36,332 bases of DNA from Mesotaenium endlicherianum (lineage: Eukaryota), in NCBI GenBank assembly GCA_009602735.1, contig WELA01000401.1:1-36332 (forward strand), given 5' to 3'. The notes below the pieces were generated by a model that had not been told where the DNA came from, ran no database searches, and saw nothing but the letters and a program-made list of their open reading frames with translations. This document shows positions 23,701 through 34,879 of the stretch, in pieces (position 1 is the first letter of the stretch; each line of letters starts with the position of its first letter). The position numbers and the translations under genes were made by a program.

Positions 23701-24539
23701 AGCACAGCAAACCACCCTCAGACTGATGGGCAGACTGTAAGAACTAACCGAGTTCTGCAGGAGGTGCTGAGAGCATATATTAACCAAAAACAAGATAATT
23801 GGGATGACCTGTTGCCTCAAATTTAGTTTGCGGTCAACAATGCGGTGCACACGTCAACGGGCAAGACTCCTTTTGAACTCAGCCTGGGTAGAGTCCCTAA
23901 GTCTCCTTCAGATGTACTGGGGGAGTCTTTAACTGGCCCTGAAGGGATTGACAACCTGGTCTCCCTCCAGTTAACTCAGGAGTTTGCTGACACTCTGTCA
24001 GAGTTCCAACAAAACTGCACAAAACCCAAGACAACCAATAAAAATAGGCTAATCAACACCGTCGGGAGCTGACATTTTCTAAGGGCGATTTAGTCAAACT
24101 GCATTCTCAGCACCAGTACCTCCCTGGTGTGGTCAAGAAAAAGGTTGGCCCTGTCTGGGTCGGTCCATATTTGGTAGTGCGTCGTGTCGGTCAGAATGCT
24201 TACAAACTGAACATGTCAGCTGACTACAAGGGTCACCCGGTCTTTAATGTCTCCTTCCTGGAACCATACATCAAAGGTGATACACTGTTCACAGGTCGGT
24301 TACCTGTCCAACCGGGACCGGTCCCCGCTGTCCGGGACGGCGACCCTAAGGAGTATGAGGTCGATGAGATTTTAGACGCTCGCTCGGTCCGTCGATCGTC
24401 TAAATATGTCATGAAGTACCTCATCCGATGGAAGGGTTACGATGCCTCTGGGGACACTTGGGAATTTAAAGACCAGCTGACCAATGCCAAAGGGGCGTTG
24501 AAACGGTTCCACCTTCGGGCGGCTGGGGCACCTCCCTAA
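20734..24539 (+). pseudogene. pol: Family A pol (A2): PR-RT-RH-INT-chromodomain, disrupted
   Basis: Same motifs as A1. RT FLDY (catalytic D lost), several stops and frameshifts; chromodomain EYEVDEILD...YLIRWKGYDASGDTWE. Confidence 0.95.
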
Positions 24540-24853
24540 CAGTCATTTCAGTTGACACGGGAAGGTGACAGGGGGTCCTGTCTCCATATAAGTTGGAGGG
24601 GGATGTGATAGTTGTGACAGCCAGCCCACCTTTAAAATTAAGTTGGAGGGAGTGGTATTCTTTGATCACCATATTACACACTCAACCTGCGCTCACACTC
24701 ACTTGCTCTCTAACTCAATTTTCCCTTATATTCACTCACACCAGGTACTCCACACTAGGAACTCTCCCGATCGCGTTCCTCTTCATCGAGGGCACTCAGT
24801 AGCGGCAAAATATCGTGACTTCACTAACTGCATTGAGGTTATGATTGAGCAGG

Positions 24854-26520
24854 ATGACTCAAAAGTTGGAACTCAAGAGGAAGAGAAGGGCGGAAGAGGC
24901 ACATGCAGAATACTTGCAATTCCGTGGAGACATCGAATCATCCTCCATCTCCGCTCGAATATCGCAACGACTCCAACAACAGCGGGAGGCATAGAAGAAG
25001 AAGGAGGAGGAGGAACAGGCCAGACTGAGGCAGGAAGAACTGGACAAAAAAGCTGCAGAGGAGGCCAAGAAAGCAGAGGAGAAGAGGCAAGCTGAGGAGA
25101 AGCGGAAGCAGCAGGCTGAAGAAGAAGAACAGAGGAGAATCAGCAGCTACCGCTACACAGTGCTGGCAAAGGCTTTGATCTACTGGAGGAGGCCTTCAAG
25201 TATGCCCAGAGAAGTCGCAGTGAGTCGCAGAAGGAAATCCTCCAGAGGGAAGGGGGGACATCCTAAAACTTTGACAAATATATAGGGGTCAGCACAGGGC
25301 TCCTCCTCTACCACGATTACGCCAGGATGGTAGGATATACGGTCAGAGAGGCCAAGGCAATGGCCCAGGTGAACGAAGCAGGGGCTGTCTCGATTCCTGG
25401 TATCTGGGAGGAAGATAGGGTCATCAGGATGAACCCCATGGACGCGGACAGCTTCAAGGACTCAACACCCCATAACAGGTTCAAGGCCATGTACAATGAG
25501 GTGGAGAGAAGGAGCTTGGAATTCTTGGCCAGGGAAACCAGTCAGCTAGACTTTGCAGGGCACTGGTACCCTTGTACTCTCAAAAAGACAGACGCTGCCT
25601 TCTTCCAAAAGCCCACTGATTGGCGGTGGATGACCATCAACATAAGGGACCAGCAGAATGACAGGGCGACGGATGAGGATTTCCTGACAGACCTAAAGGG
25701 GAACATAGTATTGCCCCCTCACATTGCGGCTTGGGACCCAAGATTGGATGGAGTCAGAGACTGCATGAGCCAAGAGATGCAGGGGGACAGAAGAAGGGCC
25801 CGAGAGTCATTCTCCAAAGGGAAGCACGCTTATGCCAAATGGGCAAGTAAGCAGGGGGAAAAGGACCTCTATGCGGTTCGGACTCAGCAGCCCCCACCAG
25901 CACCCAAAAGGGGAAGGTCAGTAGGATATTCTTTTTCCCGGGAAGAGCTGGAGCTGCTGACAGAAGAGACCCCAGAAGTCTCAGAGGAACCCGGGGACGG
26001 AGAGGAGGAGGAGTCAGAGGAAGACGGGGAGGAAGGCGAGGAGGAGGACACTAGCCCCGCCGTGATTCTGACACCTGCCACATCCCCTGTAAGGGAGAAG
26101 ACGGGGTGGGCCCAGCAGCAACTCGCTCAAGAGGAGGATATCACTTGGCTGGGGACTGCCAGAGGACAGAGCCCATCTCCAGGCAAGGAGACTTAGTCAG
26201 ACAGGGCAAACAGGAGGGCTGCTCGGGAGATAGCCAGAGGCCTGCCAGCATCTCCTTCGCAGAGAGGGCATGTACCATTAGCTCATGTCATGCAACATCT
26301 TTCTGGGATGCCGGTATACGTACCTGTCAGTTTGAGGGCTGCCCAGGAGAAGGCTGCCTCGCTTCAATTTCAGACTGTGCAGGAGGAAACAGCCCAGCTA
26401 CTGCGTTCTCCGCCGGGTCCTTACACGGAACCTCCCTCTTTGACAGGCTTCAGAAGACCCCAAGACAGGAGGAGGTCTTGCTCCCCTGAGTATAGGGCCT
26501 CAGGGACATCTCCCTCTTAA
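24854..26520 (+). pseudogene. Family A extra ORF (ORF3), copy A2
   Basis: ATG 24854. Lesions TAG 24992, 1-nt deletion ~25166, TAA 25264. Open 25267-26193, TAG 26194-26196, then in-frame continuation to TAA 26520. Confidence 0.8.
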
Positions 26521-26605
26521 TGGCAGTAGGCTGGGGACGGAAGGGACAGCACGCTGTTATTAGTGTTAGTGTTGTCGAGGCGACAACATGATAAGTTGGA
26601 GGGAT

Positions 26606-27326
26606 TGTAATGAATCAGTATATTGGTTGACATAATATTCATTTAAATAATATAGTTAAATAAGTTCAGCCTGCTGAACTCTACTTAATGATCAGTCCGC
26701 TGGACTTTATATTTAATATCAATTTAATGACTCGGCCGGAAGTAGCAGGCTGATGTCACCTTAAGTCAGCTTGCTGACACATTCTTTGACAGCCAGCTGA
26801 CTTCCGTACTCGGTAGCAGCAAACTGCCTCGATATGCATCTATGTGTGGTATGCTAGATGAATGGCCAGATGACATCCCTATGATGGATGTCGATTCTGG
26901 TTGATGGGAGATGGCGGTGGGTTTGGTTAACCGAGGTCCTACTAACATGGTTAACTCCCGGGTAGGCGGTGCCATCGCACTGACCGTTGAACAGTAAACT
27001 CATTCCATATACATATGCTAGGCATTGCTCTCGAGTTCGGCATTCGGAACCGAGGCCAACTCTCTTGTATAGCTTACTGAGAGAGATCTGAATCCAAGGC
27101 GAGAAGCCATTGATACGCACTGTCTTCTAACCCTGCTTATGTATGAGTTTACTGATTTGCATTATTGATGCTAGTTTACTCGCATTTGACTTACGAGTAT
27201 TATACACTGCTAGTGTGTTGTCCTTTGCCGTTTAACCAGTTAACGAAAAATACCATAAAGATTACTTGCTGATATAAAGATCTTTATTAATTGTTAATCG
27301 CCTATTTGGTAAGTCGATTCATTTCA
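26606..27326 (+). repeat. Family A LTR (3' LTR of A2)
   Basis: TGTAATGAAT...ATTCATTTCA after the PPT; near-identical to 18526-19245. Confidence 0.95.
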
Positions 27327-27530
27327 GTCTTCTAGCCTTGCTTATGTATGAGTTTACTGATTGCATTATTGATGCTAGTTTACTTGCATTTGACTCACAA
27401 GTATTGTCCACTGCTAGTGTGTTGTCCTTTGCAATTTAATCAATTGACTGAAAACACCAAAAGGTTTACTTGCTGATATGAAGATTTTAATTAATTGTTA
27501 ATTGCCTATTAGGTAAGTTGATTCATTTCA
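27327..27530 (+). repeat. Distal ~200 bp of the A1 3' LTR, left over after A2 insertion
   Basis: Begins mid-LTR at GTCTTCTAGCC and ends ATTCATTTCA. Shares diagnostic bases with LTR 10323 (ctagcc, actgattgc, ttacttgc, tttaatcaattgac) rather than the A2 LTRs. Confidence 0.85.
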
Positions 27531-27535
27531 CAAGA

Positions 27536-28360
27536 CGTCAAGAAGGTCAAGCACACCGGTGCTTTGCTGAAAGGTAACGCCGTAGACTGATAGCTCTTCC
27601 GGAACGAGAGCAAAAGGCTAATCAATTGGGTGATCCCTCATGGGTAGAGTTCGTTGAGCAATTACATGAGAAGTTTGATGTCATCAATCAGCAGGAAAAA
27701 GCTATCTATGCAATGATCTCCTTGATACTGAAGCAGACATAACACTTCAACTGCTAAGTATGTTCAGAAGTTCCAGGAGAACATGATGAAACAGTCCATG
27801 TTGCTAGAGCTGTATAGGATAGCATACTTCAAGTATGGCTTGAAATTTGAGGTCCAAAGTTATTGTGCTGAGAAGAAGTATGAGAATGACTTGATTTGAA
27901 ATACTGACGCTTGGGATCTTGGGATCTGCAGCAGTTCAACCATAAGCACTAGAGTAGTGTTTAGGTGGCTAAGATTGTCAAAAAGCCACATGGTTCCTAC
28001 AATGCCATTGATGCAGACCAGGCTGAGGATGATCACATGGATGAGCAGGAGTCTTACAAGTATGAATACAATGCTATGCAGTCTAGGGGGAGGGATGGGT
28101 ACTCTCGAGGAGGCTTTGGAAGAGGTGGTGGTAGGATTAAGCCAAGACCAGCCTCAGCAAACTCAATTTGCTACCATTGCCAAGAGAGAGGCCACTACCA
28201 AGAGCAATGCTCTAGCAAGCACCTACCAAAGGTGGATCGAAAAGATCAGCCTTTAAAAGACAACAATAGTCAGTATTCCAATCTACTCATTGTGAGGATG
28301 CTAGAGGTAGTGAGTCATCGCTAGCTGCCCTCTTAGCAGGTGTTATGGCCCTGCTAAACT
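27536..28360 (+). pseudogene. gag: 3' part of A0 gag and first codons of pol, truncated
   Basis: [11 protein letters not shown]...CYHCQERGHYQEQC...DQPLKD continues the gag interrupted at 10322. Confidence 0.9.
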
Positions 28361-28897
28361 AAGAGTTTCTAGTTTAAGACCAGGTGTCCGCTACTATTCA
28401 AAAAAGTGTGATAAAAACTCCGATATTACTGAAATGAATCGACTTATCAATAGGCGATTAACGATTAACAGAAGACCTTTATATCAACAAGTAATCTTTA
28501 TGGTGTTTTTTGGTTAACTTATTAATCAGCAAAAGACTACACAACTAGCAAGAGCAAAACTTAGAAGTCAAATGCAAGCTACGAGCATCAATCATGCAAT
28601 CAATAAAATCATGCATAAGCAAGGTTAGTAAGCAGATGTTCTCTCAGTAGTCTGTACAGAGAGTTGGCCTCCTTTCCAAATGCCGAACTTGATGACAATA
28701 CCTAGCATATGTACATGGCATGAGTATACTGTTCAACGGCAAGTGTGATGGCACCGCCAACCCGGGACTTAACCACGTTGGTAGGACCTCGGCTAACCAA
28801 ATCCACAGCCATCTCTCATCATCCCGAATTGCCATCCCCTCGAGGGTGTCATCTGACCACTCATCTAACGTATCCGACTTAGATGCATAACTAGGCG
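28361..28897 (-). mobile_element. Inverted family A fragment: partial LTR (28430-28897), degenerate PBS and gag start
   Basis: Reverse complement reads tatgcatctaagt...gattcatttca, then gtaatatcggag (PBS relic), then ttatcacac...ggtcttaaactagaaactct (gag start homolog). Confidence 0.85.
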
Positions 28898-30527
28898 GAA
28901 CCACGCATCGAAGGGGATGCAACTGAGAGGCATGAGGAGGCAAGACATGTAGTAGCCTGTGTTACAACAATCACAGAGCAACATGGAGGCAGGGCAATAT
29001 GTCTGCTGGCAAGCTTGGCAAGGGTGATTAGCAAGAACTGTAGCAAGCTGCGGGTTTTGTTCAATGTGAATGTTAGGTAGGTGGCATGGACGCAGTTGCT
29101 AAGATGATCCTTTGTGGTGCGCCCATCAGAATCGACGAGAGTTAGTACGCCAGAGGGGCCGACTGAGGCCACTTCTAGAATAAGTGGCTAGCTGGAAATG
29201 TCTAGAGTGGAGCGAGTCTGGCGCTTCAAATAGACAAAGTCGCCAACGGAGAAAGATGGGATTAGTGGGTGATAGAGACCGCTGCGAGTGTGGGTATATC
29301 GTCGAGTATGGCGGTGCTGGTATGCGCAAGTTAGCTGGCCATCGGCAGAATACATTGGAAAAGCATAGAGCGCGCTTGAATTTCAGCAGCCCAAGCGTCG
29401 AGATTAGAAAGCGATAGCGGCGTATCGAGCCGCGGCTAAAGCGAGGAGGGAAGGACGGGATCACAATCGTAGAGCATGAAATAAGGAGAAAAGGAGCGAA
29501 GGGCGGCTTGACAACTAAAGTTATAGCCGATTTGCAACCAGGGCAACGCTAGATCCCAGTCGAGTACCGTTTTCTAAGGCTGCGCTAGACTGTCTGAACC
29601 ATGCGTTCGGCTAAATCGTCGACCTGGGGATGATCGCGCGAGGTCAAGCGGTGGTCAATGTACAAATTCGTGAGCAGGGATCGAAAATTGCCTTGGAACT
29701 TTGTGCCGCGATCGGTGAGGACCTCAGCACAGGCTCCGTAGCAAACTAACACGCGCTCAAGGAGGCTATCAGCAAGCTGGACGTAGTGAGAAGAGGAACC
29801 AACTCAACCCACTTGGAAAAGCGTTCGATGATGACTAAGACATAAAGCTGTTGACGGTTAGATAAAGGCAGCTCCCTTGCGCGGTCCAGAGACCAACGAT
29901 AGAATAGGCCGCAAATGGGCAAAGGTTGTAAGTGTACTTCCGTGGCTGTAAAGCTAGCGCGAACCCGATCGCAGACTTTGCACGGGGTGACCCAGCGGCG
30001 TACATTGGCGTGCATGTTCGTCCACCACTTTGATGTCTGAAGCCGACAGTTAGTCCGCCTCACGCCGAAGTGGCCCTGCTGTTCGTGGATGGTGCGCGCG
30101 AGCAGATCACGATCCACCTGTTTGGGGACGATCTTGACGGCGTTAGGCAGCAAGCGCAAGAGGTGGTTGTCGCGCCACTGGTATCAACAGCAGCGATGCT
30201 GAACGCGGTCGCGGCTGGCGCGATCCGACGGCAACGTTGCCGACTAAAGGTAAGTGAGGGAGGCCGTGTTAGACCAGATATTGGACGAGGCGGGACCTAC
30301 GGGCACAGCTCCTTCCACCTGTGCATCCAACAGATAAGCGGCCACAGACAGCGGCAAGGAGGAGGGAAGAAGGAGAGAAAGGAAGAAAGAAGCATGCCAA
30401 GTTGGAAGGAGGTGCTCCTGCTCCGCGGAGCGAGCTCCGGTCGAGTCAGAGCAGGAGGGATTTGGATTGCAGCTGAGGCCGTCTGCATCAAGGTTAGCAT
30501 GTCCAGCCTTGTGAATAATAATATAAT
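28898..30527 (-). pseudogene. pol: Family C Gypsy pol fragment: RNase H end, integrase, SH3-like region and C-terminal PHD finger
   Basis: Minus strand with frameshifts: IIHKAGHANLDADGLS; HEQQGHFGVRRT...CKVC; WSLD...IIERFSKWVELVPL; DWDLALPWLQIGYNFS...SPYFMLY; FSVGDFVYLKR; HLSNC/PCHLPNI; CQAC...MLLCDCCNTGYYMSCLLMPLSCIPFDAWF. Confidence 0.88.
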
Positions 30528-31019
30528 TGTAGTGAAATAGATAAGTACTTAGTAAAATAGAATACTTTATCTATTCAAGACAAGGATCTTTAAACACAAG
30601 TGGTAGCTTCTTGAAAAAGAGATGGCTTCTTGATTGTTACTATATTTCTTGAATTTGGCAAGTACAAGAGTGATTATCGAATGTCTTTCTATGTTCTAGC
30701 TCTTGTTTATATACCTGCTACATAAGTAATTTCTAGGAAGGTGCATGTTGATGTGTTGGCACCCAACACATCCCAAAACTTGCCACCTCTTTCTATAATA
30801 ATGTACACATGTCCTTTTGACCTAAAAATGGCACATTTGACTTTTGCCACATGGAGTTCTTCTAGGTCCTTCCTCTAACTTCGAAAATGCCTTTGAAGGT
30901 CCAAAGGACATGAACCAAGTCACTAGAGTATCCATTCACACTTGACTCCACAAACTTCAAATATATTCAGAAGCATTAAAATAAATGCAAATTAATATAC
31001 TACAACTCAAATCACTACA
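30528..31019 (-). repeat. Family B 3' LTR (492 bp)
   Basis: Perfect 8-bp TIR TGTAGTGA...TCACTACA; repeated at 36059-36332. Confidence 0.95.
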
Positions 31020-31056
31020 TCACCCCCCCGACACAAAAAGCTACGTCTCGGCGCAT

Positions 31057-31180
31057 AAGTCAGGTCTTACACATGTGGAGCAGACTAGTCAAAAGCTTCA
31101 AGTCAGATGCCACACATATAAAGAGGATTAGTCAAAGGCGCCAAGTCAGGTGCTACACATGTAAGGTGGACTAGGCAAGG
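31057..31180. repeat. 43-bp degenerate tandem repeat x~3 in family B 3' UTR
   Basis: aagtcag..acacat...gactagtcaa units start at 31057, 31100 and 31143. Confidence 0.85.
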
Positions 31181-31786
31181 TCGTGAGTGGTGTGACCTTA
31201 TTGGCTAGCCTACTCCTTAATGATAAAGAAAATTGTACAAGTTAGCCTAAAATCTGCCATAAATCCAAAAATTCATACCGTCCACAGAATTGCTCTAAAT
31301 CTGAAAATTCTAATGCCAAACGGGCTGCGTCGAAGAACTCTACCGAGTCACAAAATTTGAGAGCTTTCTAATTTTTGGAGTTTCATTGAGAGCTGAGTGA
31401 GTAGGCACTCCTCCAAATCTATGCAGAAACTTCTGAAAATCATAAGTCCTGCTATGCTTCTTCAAATTTTGCAAAGTTAGTCTCTAAATGGGTGCACTAA
31501 GGGCTTCTACCATAGTCTTGATTTTCAGAGCATTCCAAGTTCAAGGGAGGGCACAATGTCAGAAGGCATATTCTGCCCTAATAGTGTCCGCAGCCTGACC
31601 CCCTTCTACTTAGAGCAGGATATCTCGCTCACCAGTGCTCCAAATTAAGCAAACTTGGACCCAAAATGACTGGCTACTTATGAGCTACGGCAGGTAAAAT
31701 TTCAAAATTTAATACGTAGAGACCTATCAACAGTAGCAGTTTTAACTTTCTATCTAGAAACTGCGAGAAGAGAAAAGTGTCTAATG

Positions 31787-34700
31787 TCATTTTTCCCTCT
31801 TTGTGGTTCTTGCAGGCTGCCTCCAAGGCGTCTTCTGCTGCTTCTTGATGGTGGCAAGCTGCCTCCCTGAAGACTTTGGGCTTCTAGTAGAGAGACTTGG
31901 GGCTGGTCCAAGATGGGGGTTGGCGGCATGGAAGCGTTTCAGCTTTCTCTGAACTTTGTGAAGGTAGTGTGCCGCCACCCAACTATTCTCAGAAACTGAA
32001 TATCCTTTCCACTTGATCAAGTATTGCTACTATCTCCTGAAATTTCTCATAGCCACTATGTCTTCCACTTTGTACTCCAAATGATTATCCACTATTGTTG
32101 GGGCTGGTGGGGTTGTCACTCGTCTTGGGAATTTGTTGTCGGGTTGCACATATGGCTTGAAGAGGGTAGCGTGGAATACGGGGTCGATGTGCATAGTTTG
32201 GGGAAGTTCTATCTTGAAAGCAACGGGGTTGACTTGCTGGATAATCTTGAAGGGTCCCAAATACTTGCTGCCGGCAGGCTTTTTCTTCAAGGAACTATTC
32301 TTCGATGATAGTAACACGTCGTCACCCACTCTGTACGTAATTTCTCTTCTGGACCTGTTTGCGACTCTTACTTGAGCATCTTGCGCCTGTTGTAGAGCTT
32401 TCTTCGCTGCTGTAAGGGCTGCTTCTAATGTCTCCATAAAATCTGTTGTTGCAGGTACTTCATCATGGCCAGCCGTGAAGCTCAGCGGCGTGGTGGGATG
32501 GAAGCCATAGTTGAGGAAGAAAGGGGACTCTTGGGTAGAGGCCTGCGTCGTGTTGTTGTAGGCAAACTCCAAGGGGGTCAAGTACATGTCCCAATCTTGC
32601 TCCAAAATAGACACGTAGGCCTTTAGAGAGGTCTTTAGGGTACGATTCATACGCTTGGTTTGCCCATCTGATTGCGAGTGGTAGGCAGTAGACATATCCA
32701 GCGATGTACCCAAGTTCTTGAAGAGATTCTTCCAAAAATGGCTTGTGAATCTTGGATCTCTATCCGGCACAATTCTTGATGGTAGTCCATGGAGTCGGAA
32801 GATGGTGTCAAAGATGAGTCTTGCAAGTTGTGATGCTGTAGCCTTAGTCTTTGTGGGAATGAAATGAGCCATCTTGGTAAGTCTGTCTACCACCGTGGGT
32901 ATTGCATTATGGCCTCGAGGTGTCACGGGCAGGTCTACGATAAGGTCCATTGAGATGTCCGTCCATTGCCTTTCGAAGATTGGTAGTGGTTGGAGGAGTC
33001 CTCCGGCCTTTTGTGATGATGGCTTGACTCTTTGGCATGTGTCACAGCTCCTGCAGTACTCCTTGACTTGCCTAGACATGCCTGGCCAACAATAAGTCCT
33101 GGCTAGAACGCCCGTGGTCTTTAGAATCCCAAAGTGTCCTCCAAGAGGGTTGTCGTGTGCTTCTCGTAGAAGCAAGAGTCGGAGGTCTAAGTCATGAGAA
33201 ACACATCGCTGGCCCGTGTCTTGCCTCACCCAATAATTGCCTTCTTGCTTCTTGTATGGGTCCAAGGCTGCTTCTCCGTTCTTGTAGTAAGGGTCTCTTT
33301 CATAGGCGGCTGAAAATTGAGCTTCCAGATCTGTCTTCAGGGATGTCATCACTGCGTTCAATTGCAATCTTGAGACGGGGTTAGCCGGGTTTGTCTTGCC
33401 GGGCTGGTACTGTATCGTGATGTTGTATTGTTGCAAGTATTCACTCCATCTTGCTTGTCTTCTTGAGAGATCCGGCTGCGTCTGGAGGTGCTTCAACGCC
33501 TCGTGGTCGATAGTGACCAGCACCTTGCGTCCTTCAACGTAGCAGCGCCAAACCTTCAAGGCATGTACAATCGCCAATGCCTCTCGCTCCGTGATTGTAT
33601 AATTTTGCTCGGCTGGAATTAGCTTCCTTGACTCGTAGGCAATGGACTGCAGTCCCTTGCCTTGGTCTTGCAGCAGGATTGCTCCTATTGCATACGAAGA
33701 TGCATCGGTGATGACATGGAAGGGCCAATCTAGGTTTGGACTTGGGAGTGTGAGCACCGAGGATGTCGTCAATCTTTGCTTCAGTTGTTGGAATGCTTCC
33801 TCCTCTTTCTTGGTCCAAACACATGGCTTGTCTTTCTTCAGTAGATTCGTGAGAGGGGTTGCTATGTGCGAGAAGCTCTGGATGAATCTCTTGTAATAAT
33901 TGGCAAATCCCAAGAATCATTAGAGTTCTTTCTTGGTCGTGGGAGTTGGCCATTCCTCCACCACCATGGTCTTCTTGGGGTCCATCTTGATGCCATCAGC
34001 AGTCACGTGGAGACCTAGGAAATTGACCTCTTGTTTAGCAAACTCGCACTTTGACTCCTTTGCAAATAGCTTGTTTTTCTTCAATACTTCGAGGACTATT
34101 TTCAAGTGTCTTGCATGCTCTTCAAGGGTCTTGCTGTAGATAAGGATGTCATCAATGAATACCACCATAAATTTGTCCAACATGGGCTGAAATATGGTGT
34201 TCATCATAGTCATAAAAGTTGCTGGGGCAGGACCATGAACTCAAAATGTCCATATCTTGTCCTGAACGCCGTTTTCACTATGTCAGGTTCAGCGATGCGA
34301 ATCGAGTGGTAGCCGCTTCTCAAGTCCACCTTCGTGAAGTACTTGGCTCCAACCAACCGGTCCATGAGCTTATCTATGCGCGGCAGCAGGTATCAATTCT
34401 TGATGGTGATCTTGTTGAGGGCGCGATAGTCCACACCCATCCTCAAGGTACCATCCTTCTTCTTGACAAATATCGGGGCTCTAAATGGCGACTTGCTAGG
34501 TCGAATGAAGCCATGCTCCAGTAGCTCCTTGATTTGCTTCTTGACTTCGTCTAGCTTTGTGTATGACATCTTGAGCGTAGGCCGAGAGATGGGCTTGCTT
34601 CCGAGCTCCAACTCTATCTTGTGGTCTACGAATCTCTTGGGGGGTAGGCCCATGGGCAATGCCGGGGAGAATACTTCTTTGTAGTCCTTCAAGACTTCTT

Positions 34701-34850
34701 GTATCTATTTGGGCAGGGGGTTGCCTTCTTGACTCTCGATGTCTTTCTTGATGTCTTTTGGCGTGATCAAGGCCAAAAGAAGCTCGTGTCCCTTCCTCAC
34801 AAGTCTCTTGAGTTAGAGGGCGGACAATAGTATCTCGTGTGCCGACATCC
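31787..34850 (-). pseudogene. pol: Family B pol: RT-RNase H-integrase-chromodomain, protease missing
   Basis: [54 protein letters not shown]...CDTC; SMDLIVDLP; IDPVFHATL; EYKVEDIV...IKWKGYSVSENSW. Confidence 0.93.
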
Positions 34851-34879
34851 TGATGTCTTGGGTCTAGGTATTCTGGATT

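Larger units (their letters stand above)
18526..27326 (+). mobile_element. Family A copy A2, structurally complete LTR-gag-pol-ORF3-LTR
   Basis: Paired ~720-bp LTRs, PBS, PPT ataagttggagggat at ~26591-26605, and all coding domains in order. Confidence 0.93.
10323..27530 (+). mobile_element. Ty3/Gypsy chromovirus-like LTR retrotransposon, family A copy A1 (contains nested copy A2 in its 3' LTR)
   Basis: Starts TGTAATGAAT, ends ATTCATTTCA, and is flanked by a perfect 5-bp TSD CAAGA (10318-10322 and 27531-27535). A0 gag resumes right after the TSD. Confidence 0.9.

Noticed and set aside
29199..29465. TG...CA-bounded segment resembling a solo LTR
   Set aside because: No TSD, and the minus strand translates as continuous integrase C-terminal sequence (SPYFMLY..DPVLP...FSVGDFVYLKR).
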